Shown here one piece after another: positions 46,200 through 56,361 of a stretch of DNA of 64,000 nt (position 1 is the first letter of the stretch; each line of letters starts with the position of its first letter). This stretch comes from Waddliaceae bacterium (GTDB lineage: Bacteria > Chlamydiota > Chlamydiia > Chlamydiales > Waddliaceae). The translations under genes and the position numbers were made by a program. Location of the stretch: assembly GCA_963724325.1 (NCBI GenBank), contig CAVRUH010000011.1, positions 33,540 through 97,539 of the forward strand, in the 5' to 3' direction. Under the pieces are notes generated by a model. The model ran no database searches. It was not told the DNA's origin and saw nothing but the letters and a program-made list of their open reading frames with translations.

Positions 46200-47525
46200 T
46201 TATAATCCCTTAGGAACTCTGCCGGCAAGATAGATTGGATAACGGTGAATTTTATCGTTAATGGATGGGGGATTGGCGCTAAAAATAATTCGATAAGGCG
46301 ATTTATACTTATCAGAGAATATCTTAATGCTTTTGGCTTGTTTTACCCATCCTGATTTTACTTCAATGGGAATTGCGTAACCGTTCTCTTCAATTAGGAA
46401 TTCAACTTCGGCCGTCTTTTCCTGCCAACTATACAGCTTTGTTCTTCCGCTTGACAAAAGAGCTTCAGCGACATAATTCTCTACAAAAAAACCTTTATAA
46501 GAGCCCCAATTGTAATCCATGATTACGCTCGGGGATATCTGTGCCATAGCTCCAAGCAGTCCTACATCAAAAAGATATAGTTTAAAAGTATTATCTTCTT
46601 CGTAAGCTGAAAAAGGAAGTTGTCCAGAATTGACAATTGGTACTTTGATGATTAAACCAGCACCAATTAACCAATCCAAGGCGCCCACCAACTTTCCATA
46701 TCGATCTATTCCCGGAACTGCTCCTTTAAATACATATTTTGTAGCAGACCCATCTTGAGATCTAGAAAGTTGTGCAGGGATAGACTCGAAAATTCTAGCA
46801 ATATGCATTGCATTAATTGAACCGGAATGTTTTGCAATATCTGCAAGATATGAGTCAATAAGTGTTTTCTGTTTTTCTCTTACCCGCAGAAATGCATTGA
46901 ATAAATTATCCTTGTGTTTTACAAAATCATCTACAAGCTCTGGTAGACCACCAACGACTAAATAGTTTTTAAGCTGTTCCCAGAGACGTTCATGTGCAAA
47001 GTGCGGAATTTGAGGATCGTCTATATTAAAATCATGTAAAACTTCCAACACTTGGTAATCTTCTTGAGCTAACAAAAATTCTTCAAAATTCATTGGATAG
47101 AGGGTAAGCATATCCACTTTACCCACTGGAAAGGAAGTTGGTGCAAGGTAAATGCCAAGCAAAGAGCCAGCAGCGCAGATGGCAATCTGCGGCATTTTTT
47201 CATGAAAGTATTTGAGGCTGGTAAGTGCTCTTGGGCACGCTTGAACTTCATCAAAAATTAGAAGGTCATTATTAATATCGATATCTTTGTTTAAATAAAA
47301 CCTGAGTTCTTGGATGAGGTGTTCCGGGTTTAGGTTTACTGAAAAAATATCTGCTAATTGCAAGTCTTCTTCAAAATTTAGAGAATGCACATTTTGAAAA
47401 TATTTCTGTCCGAATTCATTCAACAAGGTGGTTTTACCCACTTGTCTTGCCCCTTGGAGGATGAGCGGTTTACGGTCTGGATCATCTTTCCATGCAACTA
47501 GCTTTTGTAATAAAAATCGTCTCAT
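46200..47525 (-). CDS. AAA_14 ATPase with DUF4143-type C-terminal nuclease-like domain
   Basis: GARQVGKT, FDEVQ, AAGS, GGLP, KLYLFDVGL and EVEFL...PIEVKSG motifs. Confidence 0.9.
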   Translation of the reverse strand: MRRFLLQKLVAWKDDPDRKPLILQGARQVGKTTLLNEFGQKYFQNVHSLNFEEDLQLADIFSVNLNPEHLIQELRFYLNKDIDINNDLLIFDEVQACPRALTSLKYFHEKMPQIAICAAGSLLGIYLAPTSFPVGKVDMLTLYPMNFEEFLLAQEDYQVLEVLHDFNIDDPQIPHFAHERLWEQLKNYLVVGGLPELVDDFVKHKDNLFNAFLRVREKQKTLIDSYLADIAKHSGSINAMHIARIFESIPAQLSRSQDGSATKYVFKGAVPGIDRYGKLVGALDWLIGAGLIIKVPIVNSGQLPFSAYEEDNTFKLYLFDVGLLGAMAQISPSVIMDYNWGSYKGFFVENYVAEALLSSGRTKLYSWQEKTAEVEFLIEENGYAIPIEVKSGWVKQAKSIKIFSDKYKSPYRIIFSANPPSINDKIHRYPIYLAGRVPKGL

Positions 47526-47537
47526 ACTACCAATTAT

Positions 47538-47590
47538 CGTTAATTTTGACATTTTTTGGTATCACTTTTCCGTTAATTTTGACATTTTTT
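47538..47590. repeat. 20-bp direct repeat pair upstream of the AAA_14 gene
   Basis: cgttaattttgacatttttt at 47538 and 47571. Confidence 0.75.
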
Positions 47591-47703
47591 CATAGATACA
47601 TCGACATCGGATCTAAATGATTCTTTCGTATTTTTGTCTTGCATAAGATATATCGTAAATGGTATAATTGACTTGTCTAATATATATTGAGTGGATAAAA
47701 GTC

Positions 47704-48357
47704 ATGCCAAATCCATTAGGTAATGAAAATTTTAAACTGACACAGTTTAAGCTGCCTGAGCAAAATTCCAGGAAGGAAGGTTCGCTTTGGAATAGAGTTT
47801 TTGCCCGATTCAGGCAAAAACCAGACAACGCTCTGCGGGAATTGACCCATAAAATAACAGAATTGGACCCTAAAGCAAATATCATCCACAAAGAGCTCCT
47901 CTCCCTTACAAGCAATTTCTCACATAATGAATCCATTTACCCCCATCTTCACGAAGTGGTTGCCCCTATGATCAGAGAAATCGAACAAATCCGCACCCAA
48001 TTGGTATGCAAACCTTCACAGAACGCCCTTGAAAAGTATAGCCTATGGACCGAAAAAGCCCAAAACTGGGTGAAACTATGCAATCAAGAGGGCAGCGAGG
48101 AAAAAGTTACCCAAGCCATCATGACTCACATTTTCGAAAAATCCCTAGAATTAATCGATAGAGACACTCAACTTATTGAAGAATACAAAAATCATCAGAA
48201 TTCAAATGCTGATGTCATTCCATATATCCAAAAGCTTCAAGATCTTAAGAATATTCCAAAAATATCCCTAGAAAAAATTTCCGAATGGAGAGCACAGCTG
48301 GACATCAAACGTGCCGCTCTGGTCAACTCTGCCCTAAAAGCCCTCGACAAAGAATAA
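47704..48357 (+). CDS. Hypothetical helical protein
   Basis: About 217-aa ORF; no motif recognised. Confidence 0.7.
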   Translation: MPNPLGNENFKLTQFKLPEQNSRKEGSLWNRVFARFRQKPDNALRELTHKITELDPKANIIHKELLSLTSNFSHNESIYPHLHEVVAPMIREIEQIRTQLVCKPSQNALEKYSLWTEKAQNWVKLCNQEGSEEKVTQAIMTHIFEKSLELIDRDTQLIEEYKNHQNSNADVIPYIQKLQDLKNIPKISLEKISEWRAQLDIKRAALVNSALKALDKE

Positions 48358-48407
48358 TTGTTGACAACCAATGCCAAATTTGAAAATTTAAGGCAAAGGC
48401 AGGAAAT

Positions 48408-50228
48408 GTGATTTCAGAAAAACAATTTCATAAAAACCTCGACAAATGGGCGAAAGTTCACCCCAAAGAAGCTGTCATGCTTCCCTATGTCGACTGTGAC
48501 GACATCGAATTTTGCAAAACAATAGAAGGGGAGTGGAACCTAAAACGAAAAATCAACGGCAACTGGCAATTTATTCATTCACCATCCGGAGCAAAAAAAG
48601 AGGCCGAGAAGTGGTTTTCTAGCCTAAAATTGACAAATATAAAGGTCTTATACGTATACGGCGTCGGTCTTGGCTACTACCATGAAGCAGCAAAAGAATG
48701 GCTTAAACAATCTAAAGATAACCACTTGGTTTTTCTCGAAGATGATCCCACTATGATCCATCGGCTCTTAGAAACCGAAAATGGAACCAATATCCTGAAA
48801 GATAAACAAACTCAACTCTATTTCTTCCACACTATCGACGACAATGACCCTACACTAAACGAAGTGTATTGGGATTATGTTCTCCATCCAATTTCTGTTT
48901 CATCCCTGCACTTTTACAAAAAAATTAAACCCGAAAAATTTAACGATCTTAATCTAAAAATCACTTACGATACCTCCTTGAAAAACTCACTGCTCGAAGA
49001 ATACCTCCGCCTCGGAGCCTCCTTCTTTCGGAACTTTTATTCCAATATTTATAGTCTCCCTGAGGCCTCATTGGGTAATGCACTATGGGGTAAATTCAAA
49101 AACATCCCTGCCATCATTTGCGGAGCAGGACCTTCTCTGGAAAATAATATCTCAATCCTCAAGACTCTCAAAGAACATGCCATCATCTTTGCAGGTAGCT
49201 CTGCCATCAACGCTGTAACCTCAGGAGGTGTAACGCCTCACTTAGGAGCCGGAATTGATCCAAATATGGCCCAGGAAGAACGTCTAAGCAAAGTTAAAGA
49301 CCTCACCTTCCCATTTCTATATAGAAATAGAATGTACCATCCGGCGCTAAATTTGGTAAAAGGAGCCAAACTCTATGTCACTGGAGCCGGAGGTTACGAT
49401 ATTGCCGAATGGTTCGAACAGTGCTTTGGCATCGAACAAGACAAAATGGAAGAGGGGAGAAATGTAGTAAATTTCTGCATGGAAATTGCTCACAAAATGG
49501 GCTGTAATCCCATTATTTTTGTTGGATTAGATCTTGCCTATACTGGTCAAAAAGCCTACACAGAAGGTGTTGTCGAAAATGCCAAAGAAATCAGCATTCC
49601 ATGGGAAGTAATTGAAAAAGATATCCACGGAAAACCCATATACACTCTCTGGAAATGGGTAGCCGAATCGCGATGGATCGGAGATTTTGCAAAGGAACAT
49701 CCAGAAATTACATTACTTAATGCCACTGAAGGGGGTATAGGATTTCCAAATGTTCCAAATAAACCCCTCAAAGACGTTTCTCAAAGGTATTTATCACAGA
49801 AACACCAACTTCATGCCCGGATCCAAAAAGAGATCGATGCAGGAAGACTCAACCATGTAACCAAACAAAAGATTGATCAAGCAATGACAACCCTCCTCGA
49901 AAGCCTGCATAAATGTCTAAAATATCTTGATGTGCTCGTGGAAGGTACACAATCAACTCAAATGACCATCGCCGAAGCAGAAATTGTCGAAGAACCAGGC
50001 TACCAACATGTTCTCAACGTCTTTAGTCTTGCATCCTCAAAAATGCTCTATAAGGAACTGCGGCGCATCGAAACAGGCACGCTATCTAAAGAAAAAAAAG
50101 CCCAAAAACTAACCGACCTACACAAAAAGAAATACCAATTCCTCCATCAAGTCGCCAGTCTCAACATCCATCTTATTCAGCAGGCCCTCAAAGGCACAGA
50201 TTTATTTTTAGAGCGAATAATTTCGTAA
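48408..50228 (+). CDS. Maf / DUF115 (MptE-like) family protein
   Basis: YGVGLGY, AIICGAGPSL, GCNPIIFVGLDLAY and NATEGG motifs. Confidence 0.85.
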   Translation: MISEKQFHKNLDKWAKVHPKEAVMLPYVDCDDIEFCKTIEGEWNLKRKINGNWQFIHSPSGAKKEAEKWFSSLKLTNIKVLYVYGVGLGYYHEAAKEWLKQSKDNHLVFLEDDPTMIHRLLETENGTNILKDKQTQLYFFHTIDDNDPTLNEVYWDYVLHPISVSSLHFYKKIKPEKFNDLNLKITYDTSLKNSLLEEYLRLGASFFRNFYSNIYSLPEASLGNALWGKFKNIPAIICGAGPSLENNISILKTLKEHAIIFAGSSAINAVTSGGVTPHLGAGIDPNMAQEERLSKVKDLTFPFLYRNRMYHPALNLVKGAKLYVTGAGGYDIAEWFEQCFGIEQDKMEEGRNVVNFCMEIAHKMGCNPIIFVGLDLAYTGQKAYTEGVVENAKEISIPWEVIEKDIHGKPIYTLWKWVAESRWIGDFAKEHPEITLLNATEGGIGFPNVPNKPLKDVSQRYLSQKHQLHARIQKEIDAGRLNHVTKQKIDQAMTTLLESLHKCLKYLDVLVEGTQSTQMTIAEAEIVEEPGYQHVLNVFSLASSKMLYKELRRIETGTLSKEKKAQKLTDLHKKKYQFLHQVASLNIHLIQQALKGTDLFLERIIS

Positions 50229-51539
50229 TTTTTCCAACAGAGTTTTTGGGGAAATTCCCAGAATCTTCGCTGCTTTTGAGTGATCGTGTTGATGATGATT
50301 CACAGTCTCAATTATTAGGCGCTTCTCAAGCTCCTCCAATGAGAGTCCCACCGGTATTTTGAACTCCTTCGGCGTGTCCAACGTGACCGTTACGTGATCA
50401 GAATCAATTTCTTTCCCTGTGCTCATCACAACAGCCCTCTCAATAACGTTCGCTAATTCCCGCACATTGCCTGGCCATGAATACCCAAGTAACTTCCTCT
50501 TCGACGCTTCTCCCAATTCCATCTTTTCCTTGTGGTTCTCTCGACAAATTTTTCCCAAAAAATATTCTGAAAGGGGAATAATGTCCTCCTTCCTATCTCG
50601 TAAAGCTGGTAAATGTATCGGTACCACGTTCAATCGATAAAATAAATCCTCGCGTATAACTTTATTTTCCAATGCTAACTTCATATCTCGATTCGATGTT
50701 GCAATAATCCTTACGTCCACCTTCACAGATTTCGTCCCTCCCACACGCTCAAATACCTGCTCCTGAATGGCTCTGAGAAGCTTTGCTTGCACTGCAATCG
50801 GCACCTCTGTCACCTCATCCAACATCAATGTGCCCCCGTTTGCTAACTCAAAACGTCCCAATTTCTTTGAATGAGCCCCAGTAAATGCCCCTTTCTCATG
50901 TCCAAAAAACTCAGACTCAAGCAAAGTCTCTGGTATCGCCGCACAATTAACTCTTATAAATGGCTTATCCGCTCTCAAAGAATGCGCATGAATCTCCTGC
51001 GCAATAACCTCTTTTCCCGTTCCTGACTCACCACTGATAAACACACTAGCATTGCTCCGAGCAATTCTTAATACGTCTTCCAAAATTTTCCCCATAGACG
51101 GACTTGCTGCAATAACTTGACTGGCTTTAGTTGTCGTCTCCGCTTTCAAATAGTCATTCTGACTAATCAATGCCAAATGTTCATTAACTTTCCCAATGAT
51201 AGCGTCTATGGTGTCAGGAGAAAATGGTTTCAACAAATAATTAAAGGCGCCCAACTTCATCGCTTCAACAGTAGTTTCAACCGATCCATATCCTGTAATC
51301 ATAATCACTATGGTCGATGGAGATATTTCCTTAACCTTCCTTAATACCTCAATGCCAGTTGTGTCAGGTAGCTTCAAATCAGTGATAACTAAATCGAATG
51401 TATTATCCCGTATAGCAGCCATCGCACGCTTCCCATTATCCGCAACTACAGCATCAATATTATGTCTACGCAAGGTCTCGGCAATAAAAAGACCCATGGT
51501 CTCATCGTCATCAACAACCAAAACCTTCTCAATTGCCAT
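50208..51539 (-). CDS. Sigma-54-dependent response regulator (CtcC/AtoC/NtrC family)
   Basis: Receiver VVDDD...ITDLKLP...KP; GESGTGKE, GAFTGA, WPGNVREL; C-terminal Fis-type HTH. Confidence 0.95.
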   Translation of the reverse strand: MAIEKVLVVDDDETMGLFIAETLRRHNIDAVVADNGKRAMAAIRDNTFDLVITDLKLPDTTGIEVLRKVKEISPSTIVIMITGYGSVETTVEAMKLGAFNYLLKPFSPDTIDAIIGKVNEHLALISQNDYLKAETTTKASQVIAASPSMGKILEDVLRIARSNASVFISGESGTGKEVIAQEIHAHSLRADKPFIRVNCAAIPETLLESEFFGHEKGAFTGAHSKKLGRFELANGGTLMLDEVTEVPIAVQAKLLRAIQEQVFERVGGTKSVKVDVRIIATSNRDMKLALENKVIREDLFYRLNVVPIHLPALRDRKEDIIPLSEYFLGKICRENHKEKMELGEASKRKLLGYSWPGNVRELANVIERAVVMSTGKEIDSDHVTVTLDTPKEFKIPVGLSLEELEKRLIIETVNHHQHDHSKAAKILGISPKTLLEKLRNYSL

Positions 51540-51732
51540 CTTCACTCTCCCTTTTTGACGCCAAATCATTAATTAACCCTTCCAGCTTGTCCAACCCCCC
51601 TACGATAATCCCCGCCATCCTCTTCGACTCAGGCTTGTCTCCCAAATCCTTCTCCAATAATGAAGCAAATCCACGAATTCCACCGAGCGCATTACGAATA
51701 TCATGTACGATTTCTCTTTGATTTTTGTTCAT
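51529..51732 (-). CDS. Stand-alone histidine-kinase dimerisation/phosphoacceptor (HisKA/DHp) protein
   Basis: H-box VHDIRNALGGIRGFASLL followed by a second helix; 67 aa; overlaps the regulator start by 11 nt. Confidence 0.8.
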   Translation of the reverse strand: MNKNQREIVHDIRNALGGIRGFASLLEKDLGDKPESKRMAGIIVGGLDKLEGLINDLASKRESEDGN

Positions 51733-51802
51733 AAAATATACCCCCGCGATATATACTCATCCTAACTAGTAATAATCAAAAAAGTAAAGGTATAATTTTA
51801 AT

Positions 51803-52168
51803 ATGAAGAGATTGCTGATCCTATTCATTCTCCTACAAGGATGCTCCCCACAACCAGAAATAGCACCCATTCCCGAAGAAGAAGAAAATCCCGTCAAAAA
51901 CGCAATAAAATTAGCTGATACTGAGAAAAATTACATCGATCACTCGAGAACTCTCGAATCCCCCTACGCCATCAAAAGAATTGAAAAATACTCCGGCATC
52001 ATCAAACTAAATAACGGTGAAGTATACCAACCCCATAACCCCCGCGATGTAAAAGGATGGGCCGCCGGCCACGAACTCTCTGTCCGCCCCCAATCTTCAT
52101 CAATTTATGACATTATCCTAGTAAACCTCAATACCCTTGAATATGTAGCCGCAAAACGGAAATATTAG
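51803..52168 (+). CDS. Putative lipoprotein
   Basis: MKRLLILFILLQGC lipobox-like signal. Confidence 0.7.
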   Translation: MKRLLILFILLQGCSPQPEIAPIPEEEENPVKNAIKLADTEKNYIDHSRTLESPYAIKRIEKYSGIIKLNNGEVYQPHNPRDVKGWAAGHELSVRPQSSSIYDIILVNLNTLEYVAAKRKY

Positions 52169-52373
52169 CTTTTATATGGACGGTATGGACAAAATGGACT
52201 GTATGGACTGTATGGACAAAATGGACTTTATGGACTTTATGGACTGTATGGACAAGAACAAACTTGGCTATATTTATCCTCGTCCATAAAGTCCATACTG
52301 TCCATACAGTCCATACAGTCCATAAAGTCCATTTTGTCCATCACGTCCATCGAGTCCATACAGTCCATAAAGC
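52168..52373. repeat. Palindromic array of 9-mers (ATGGAC-nnn x9, then GTCCAT-nnn x10)
   Basis: ATGGAC every 9 nt from 52176 to 52248; GTCCAT every 9 nt from 52282 to 52363; closed by gcttt/aaagc. Confidence 0.95.
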
Positions 52374-52473
52374 CAATCTTTTTTTCACATTTTATCTTTT
52401 TCCACCTTTTTTCTTGTGTATAAATTTAAATATGTGACATAATACGAGAAATAAAAACCAAAATCAGTGTTAA

Positions 52474-52700
52474 ATGCCTAAAGAAGATACGATTAAAATT
52501 GATGGAACCGTGGAAGAGTTGCTCCCCAACATGAACTTTCGTGTTACTCTCGCAAAATGGCATGTAAGTAATCGCCCACTTTGTGGAAAAATGCGGATGA
52601 AAAATATTCGTGTACTTGTCGGAGACGTGGTGACGGTCGAAATGTCCCCCTATGATCTCACCAAAGCACGAATTATGTATCAGGCAGAAATAAAAATTAA
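52474..52700 (+). CDS. infA: Translation initiation factor IF-1 (indels; end approximate)
   Basis: [19 protein letters not shown]...[14 protein letters not shown]...[12 protein letters not shown]. Confidence 0.92.
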
Positions 52701-52717
52701 AAAAATGAGAAAAGGTG

Positions 52718-52746
52718 TTGATTTTAATTCTCTAACAGATTACACT
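52718..52746 (+). promoter_or_regulatory. Sigma70(sigma66)-type promoter for tRNA-Thr/tuf
   Basis: TTGATT-17 nt-TACACT. Confidence 0.55.
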
Positions 52747-52791
52747 TACATGCTTTGAGCAAGAAGGGTTTGTACTTACTCGAAAAATTTT

Positions 52792-52863
52792 GCCCAGATA
52801 GCTCAGTGGTAGAGCACTTGCATGGTAAGCAAGAGGTCGTAGGTTCAATTCCTATTCTGGGCA
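52792..52863 (+). tRNA. tRNA-Thr(GGT)
   Basis: gcccaga...cttgcatGGTaagcaag...ggttcaattcc...tctgggca cloverleaf. Confidence 0.96.
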
Positions 52864-52921
52864 GAACTGATAAAATAACAAACAAACAATAATTTTACTG
52901 GAGCCTAACGGAGGAAGTAAA

Positions 52922-54112
52922 ATGGCAAAAGAAACATTTCAGAGGAAAAAGCCGCACGTCAACATCGGTACCATTGGTCACGTCGACCATGGTAAAACAA
53001 CATTAACTGCTGCAATTACAAAAGTTCTGGCTGAAGCAAGGCGGAGCAAAATTTAGAGACTATGCTTCGATCGACAATACACCTGAAGAAAAAGCGCGTG
53101 GGATTACGATCAACTCAACTCACGTTGAATATGAAACAGAAAACCGCCACTATGCTCACGTCGACTGCCCAGGCCACGCCGACTATGTCAAAAACATGAT
53201 CACAGGTGCTGCTCAGATGGACGGCGCGATCCTCGTTGTTGCTGCAACAGACGGTGCGATGCCTCAAACACGAGAACACATCCTGTCTGGCTCGCCAGAT
53301 GCAGGTGCCTGCGATCGTCGTGTTCCTCAACAAAGTGGATATGCTCGGCGAAAGCGATCAAGAACTGCTCGACCTCGTTGAAATGGAACTGCATGAACTG
53401 CTCGAATCAAAAGGCTATCAAAGATGTCCCGATCATCCGCGGTTCTGCTCTGAAAGCTCTCGAAGGCGATCCAAAATATGTCGAAGCGATCAAGCAATTG
53501 ATGAAGACAGTCGATGAAAAGATCCCAACTCCAGCGCGTGAAGTTGACAAGCCATTCCTGATGCCAATTGAAGACGTCTTCTCCATCTCCGGTCGTGGAA
53601 CTGTAGCAACAGGCCGTGTTGAGCGAGGTGTTGTCAAAATCAACGATAAACTGCAACTCGTTGGCTTAGGCGAAACACGCGAAACAGTTGCAACTGGTCT
53701 TGAAATGTTCAACAAGACTCTCGATGAAGCGCGTGCAGGTGAAAACGTCGGTATTCTCCTCCGCGGTCTTGAAAAAGACAGATGTCGAGCGCGGAATGGT
53801 GCTTCGCTGCTCCAGGCACTTGCACACCTCACACAGAAGTTCAAAGGGCCTGTTTACGTTTTGACAAAAGAAGAAGGCGGCCGCCATAAGCCATTCTTCA
53901 CAGGCTATCGTCCACAGTTCTACTTCCGTACAACAGACGTGACAGGAACAGTTGAGCTTCCAGCAGGCGTAGAGATGGTGATGCCAGGCGATAACGTTGA
54001 AATCACTGTGAAGTTGATCGCTCCTATTGCTATGGAAAAAGGGATGCGCTTTGCGATCCGTGAAGGCGGCCGAACAATTGGTGCCGGAACAGTTTCCGAA
54101 ATCATCAAGTAA
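52922..54112 (+). CDS. tuf: Elongation factor Tu (several indels)
   Basis: [49 protein letters not shown]. Confidence 0.97.
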
Positions 54113-54186
54113 TGTAACTGATAGAGTTACTTGAATGCGCAGGACATAGTTTCTATGCGATCATTTTGCTGCAGAGTATTGAGTTA

Positions 54187-54259
54187 GGGTGTGTAGCTCA
54201 GCTGGTAGAGCAGCGGTCTCCAAAGCCGCCGGTCGGGGGTTCGAATCCCTCCGCACTCG
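54187..54259 (+). tRNA. tRNA-Trp(CCA)
   Basis: gcggtctCCAaagccgc anticodon arm, ggttcgaatcc; lies between tuf and secE. Confidence 0.95.
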
Positions 54260-54302
54260 ATTGATAGATAAGATCGTAGTATTAAAGTAAGAGGTATATA
54301 AC

Positions 54303-54588
54303 GTGGGTGCAGAAGTAAAATCCATGGAAGTAAAAAAGATCAGCAACAGATCAACGCAAGCAGAACGAAGCCTGCTAACCACTAAAGAAAGTGCATAAGA
54401 CTTTGTTGAAGATATCAAGAGCTGAGATTCAAAAGATTACCTGGACGAGCGCGAAGAACTGAAGACCTATACAAAAATTGTTGTAGGAGCACATTTGTCT
54501 TTGGAATGGCGATTTATTTTGCTAGATCTTGTTGATTCAAGGATGCTTTGGACTTAGATGTCTATTGTACGCTTGATTAGTCGGTTAA
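54303..54588 (+). CDS. secE: Preprotein translocase SecE (indels; ends approximate)
   Basis: Fragments FVEDIK, KITWTS and YTKIVVG; position between tRNA-Trp and nusG. Confidence 0.7.
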
Positions 54589-54608
54589 TATGGATAAAGG
54601 GATAATGA

Positions 54609-55166
54609 ATGCATAAATGGTATGTTGTACAGGTGCTTTCGACACACGAAAAGAAAGTCAAAAAAGCCCTTGAAGAGCATCGCGAGCTAAAGGAATGAGC
54701 AGATCTTATCGAGAAAGTCGTTCTTGCCCACTGAAAATGTATCGGAAGTGAAGAAAGGGCAGCAGCATGTTGTCGAAAAACGCTGTGGCCAGGATATCTT
54801 CTTGTTAAAATGACTCTGAATGATGATTCTTGGCAATATGTGAAAAATACCAATGGTGTCATCGATTTTCTAGGCGGAGAAAAACCAACACCTCTGACCG
54901 AAGCAGAAGTCGAACGAAATTCTTAAAGATCTTGAAGATCAAAAAACAGAAAGTCACTCAGAAGCATAAATTTGAAGTGGGCGATCGGGTCAAGATTACC
55001 GATGGTGTATTTGTCAACTTTATTGGAACTGTAATCGAAGTATTCCATGAAAAGGACGCTTAAGCGTGCTGGTCTCCATCTTTGGACGCGATACCCGTGT
55101 CGATGACCTGGAGTTTGCGCAAGTTGAAGAAGATCACTGGAAGAAGGTCTGAAAAAGTATAGTAAT
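54609..55166 (+). CDS. nusG: Transcription factor NusG (indels; end approximate)
   Basis: [19 protein letters not shown], and [22 protein letters not shown]. Confidence 0.92.
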
Positions 55167-55201
55167 CTAAATAACATTGAATTAAGTGTAGAAAGTATAA
55201 T

Positions 55202-55633
55202 ATGGCAAAAAAAAGTTGTAAAAATTATTAAGTTGCAGATTCCTGCAGGAAAAGCAAACCCAGCGCCTCCAATTGGTCCAGCCTTGGGTGCTGCAGGTGT
55301 CAATATCATGGCTTTCTGCAAAGAATTTAATGCAAAAACACAAGCAATGGCAGGGGATATTCTTCCTGTTGTGATCACTGTCTATCAAGATAAATCCTTT
55401 ACCTTTATCACAAAAAAGCCTCCTGTTGCCGAAATGTTGAAAAAAGCAACAGGAATCGAAAAAGGATCGGCTGTTCCAAACCGCGATAAAGTTGGCAAAA
55501 TTACCGAGCACAAGCGCGCAAGATTGCAGAAGAAAAAATGCAAGATATGAATGCCGCAGATCTGGAGATGCTGCGACCAATATCGTATTAGGAACAGCTC
55601 GTTCAATGGGCATTGAACTCATTAACAGAGTAG
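55202..55633 (+). CDS. rplK: 50S ribosomal protein L11 (indels)
   Basis: [25 protein letters not shown]. Confidence 0.95.
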
Positions 55634-55647
55634 AGAAATAAGAAATT

Positions 55648-56350
55648 ATGGGTCGTCCAAGTAAAAGAATTCGGGAGATAGCCAAGATCGTAGATGTCAC
55701 AAAAGACATACAGCGTTAAAGAAGCTATCGATATTTTAAAGAAATGTCCTCCGGTCAAATTTGACCAGACGGTGGAAGTTTCTTTAAAGCTGGGCGTTGA
55801 CCCTCGTAGATCGGACCAGCACGTTCGCGGAACTGTTTCATTACCGAATGGAACAGGAAAAACGATGAAAATTCTCGTCTTCGCAAAAGGCGATAAGGTC
55901 AAAGAAGCCTTAGCTGCTGGTGCCGACTATGCAGGACACGAAGAACTATTTGAGAAAGTTAACGGGGGTTGGACAGATTTTGATGCTGTCATTGCAACAC
56001 CCGATATGATGCGCGAAGTAGGTAAATTAGGTAAAGTCTTAGGTCCGCGCGGCCTGATGCCAACTCCAAAAGCTGGAACAGTAACAACAGATATTGCAAA
56101 AGCTGTTCAAGAAATGAAAGGCGGTAAAATTGAGTTTAAACTCGATCGTCATGGCGTGATCAACAATGGCTGTTGGCAAAATTTCTTTTGAAGCTGAAAA
56201 ACTTGTGGAAAACATTCAATGCATTCCTTACATGCTGTTCAGCGTGCAAAACCTGCATCTGCAAAAGGACATTATCTGAAGTCTATTGTCTTTCTTCGAC
56301 GATGGGGCCTGGCTTAAAGATTGATCTTCGCGAACTTGAATGTAACGTAA
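55648..56350 (+). CDS. rplA: 50S ribosomal protein L1 (indels)
   Basis: [31 protein letters not shown]. Confidence 0.95.
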
Positions 56351-56361
56351 GGAGTGAACAG

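Noticed and set aside
47635..47663. dif-like site (gcataa-gatata-...)
   Set aside because: The XerD arm TTATGTTAAAT is not matched
52168..52373. CRISPR array
   Set aside because: Units are 9 nt with 3-nt variable parts and form an inverted pair; there are no 25-40 nt repeats or spacers and no cas genes
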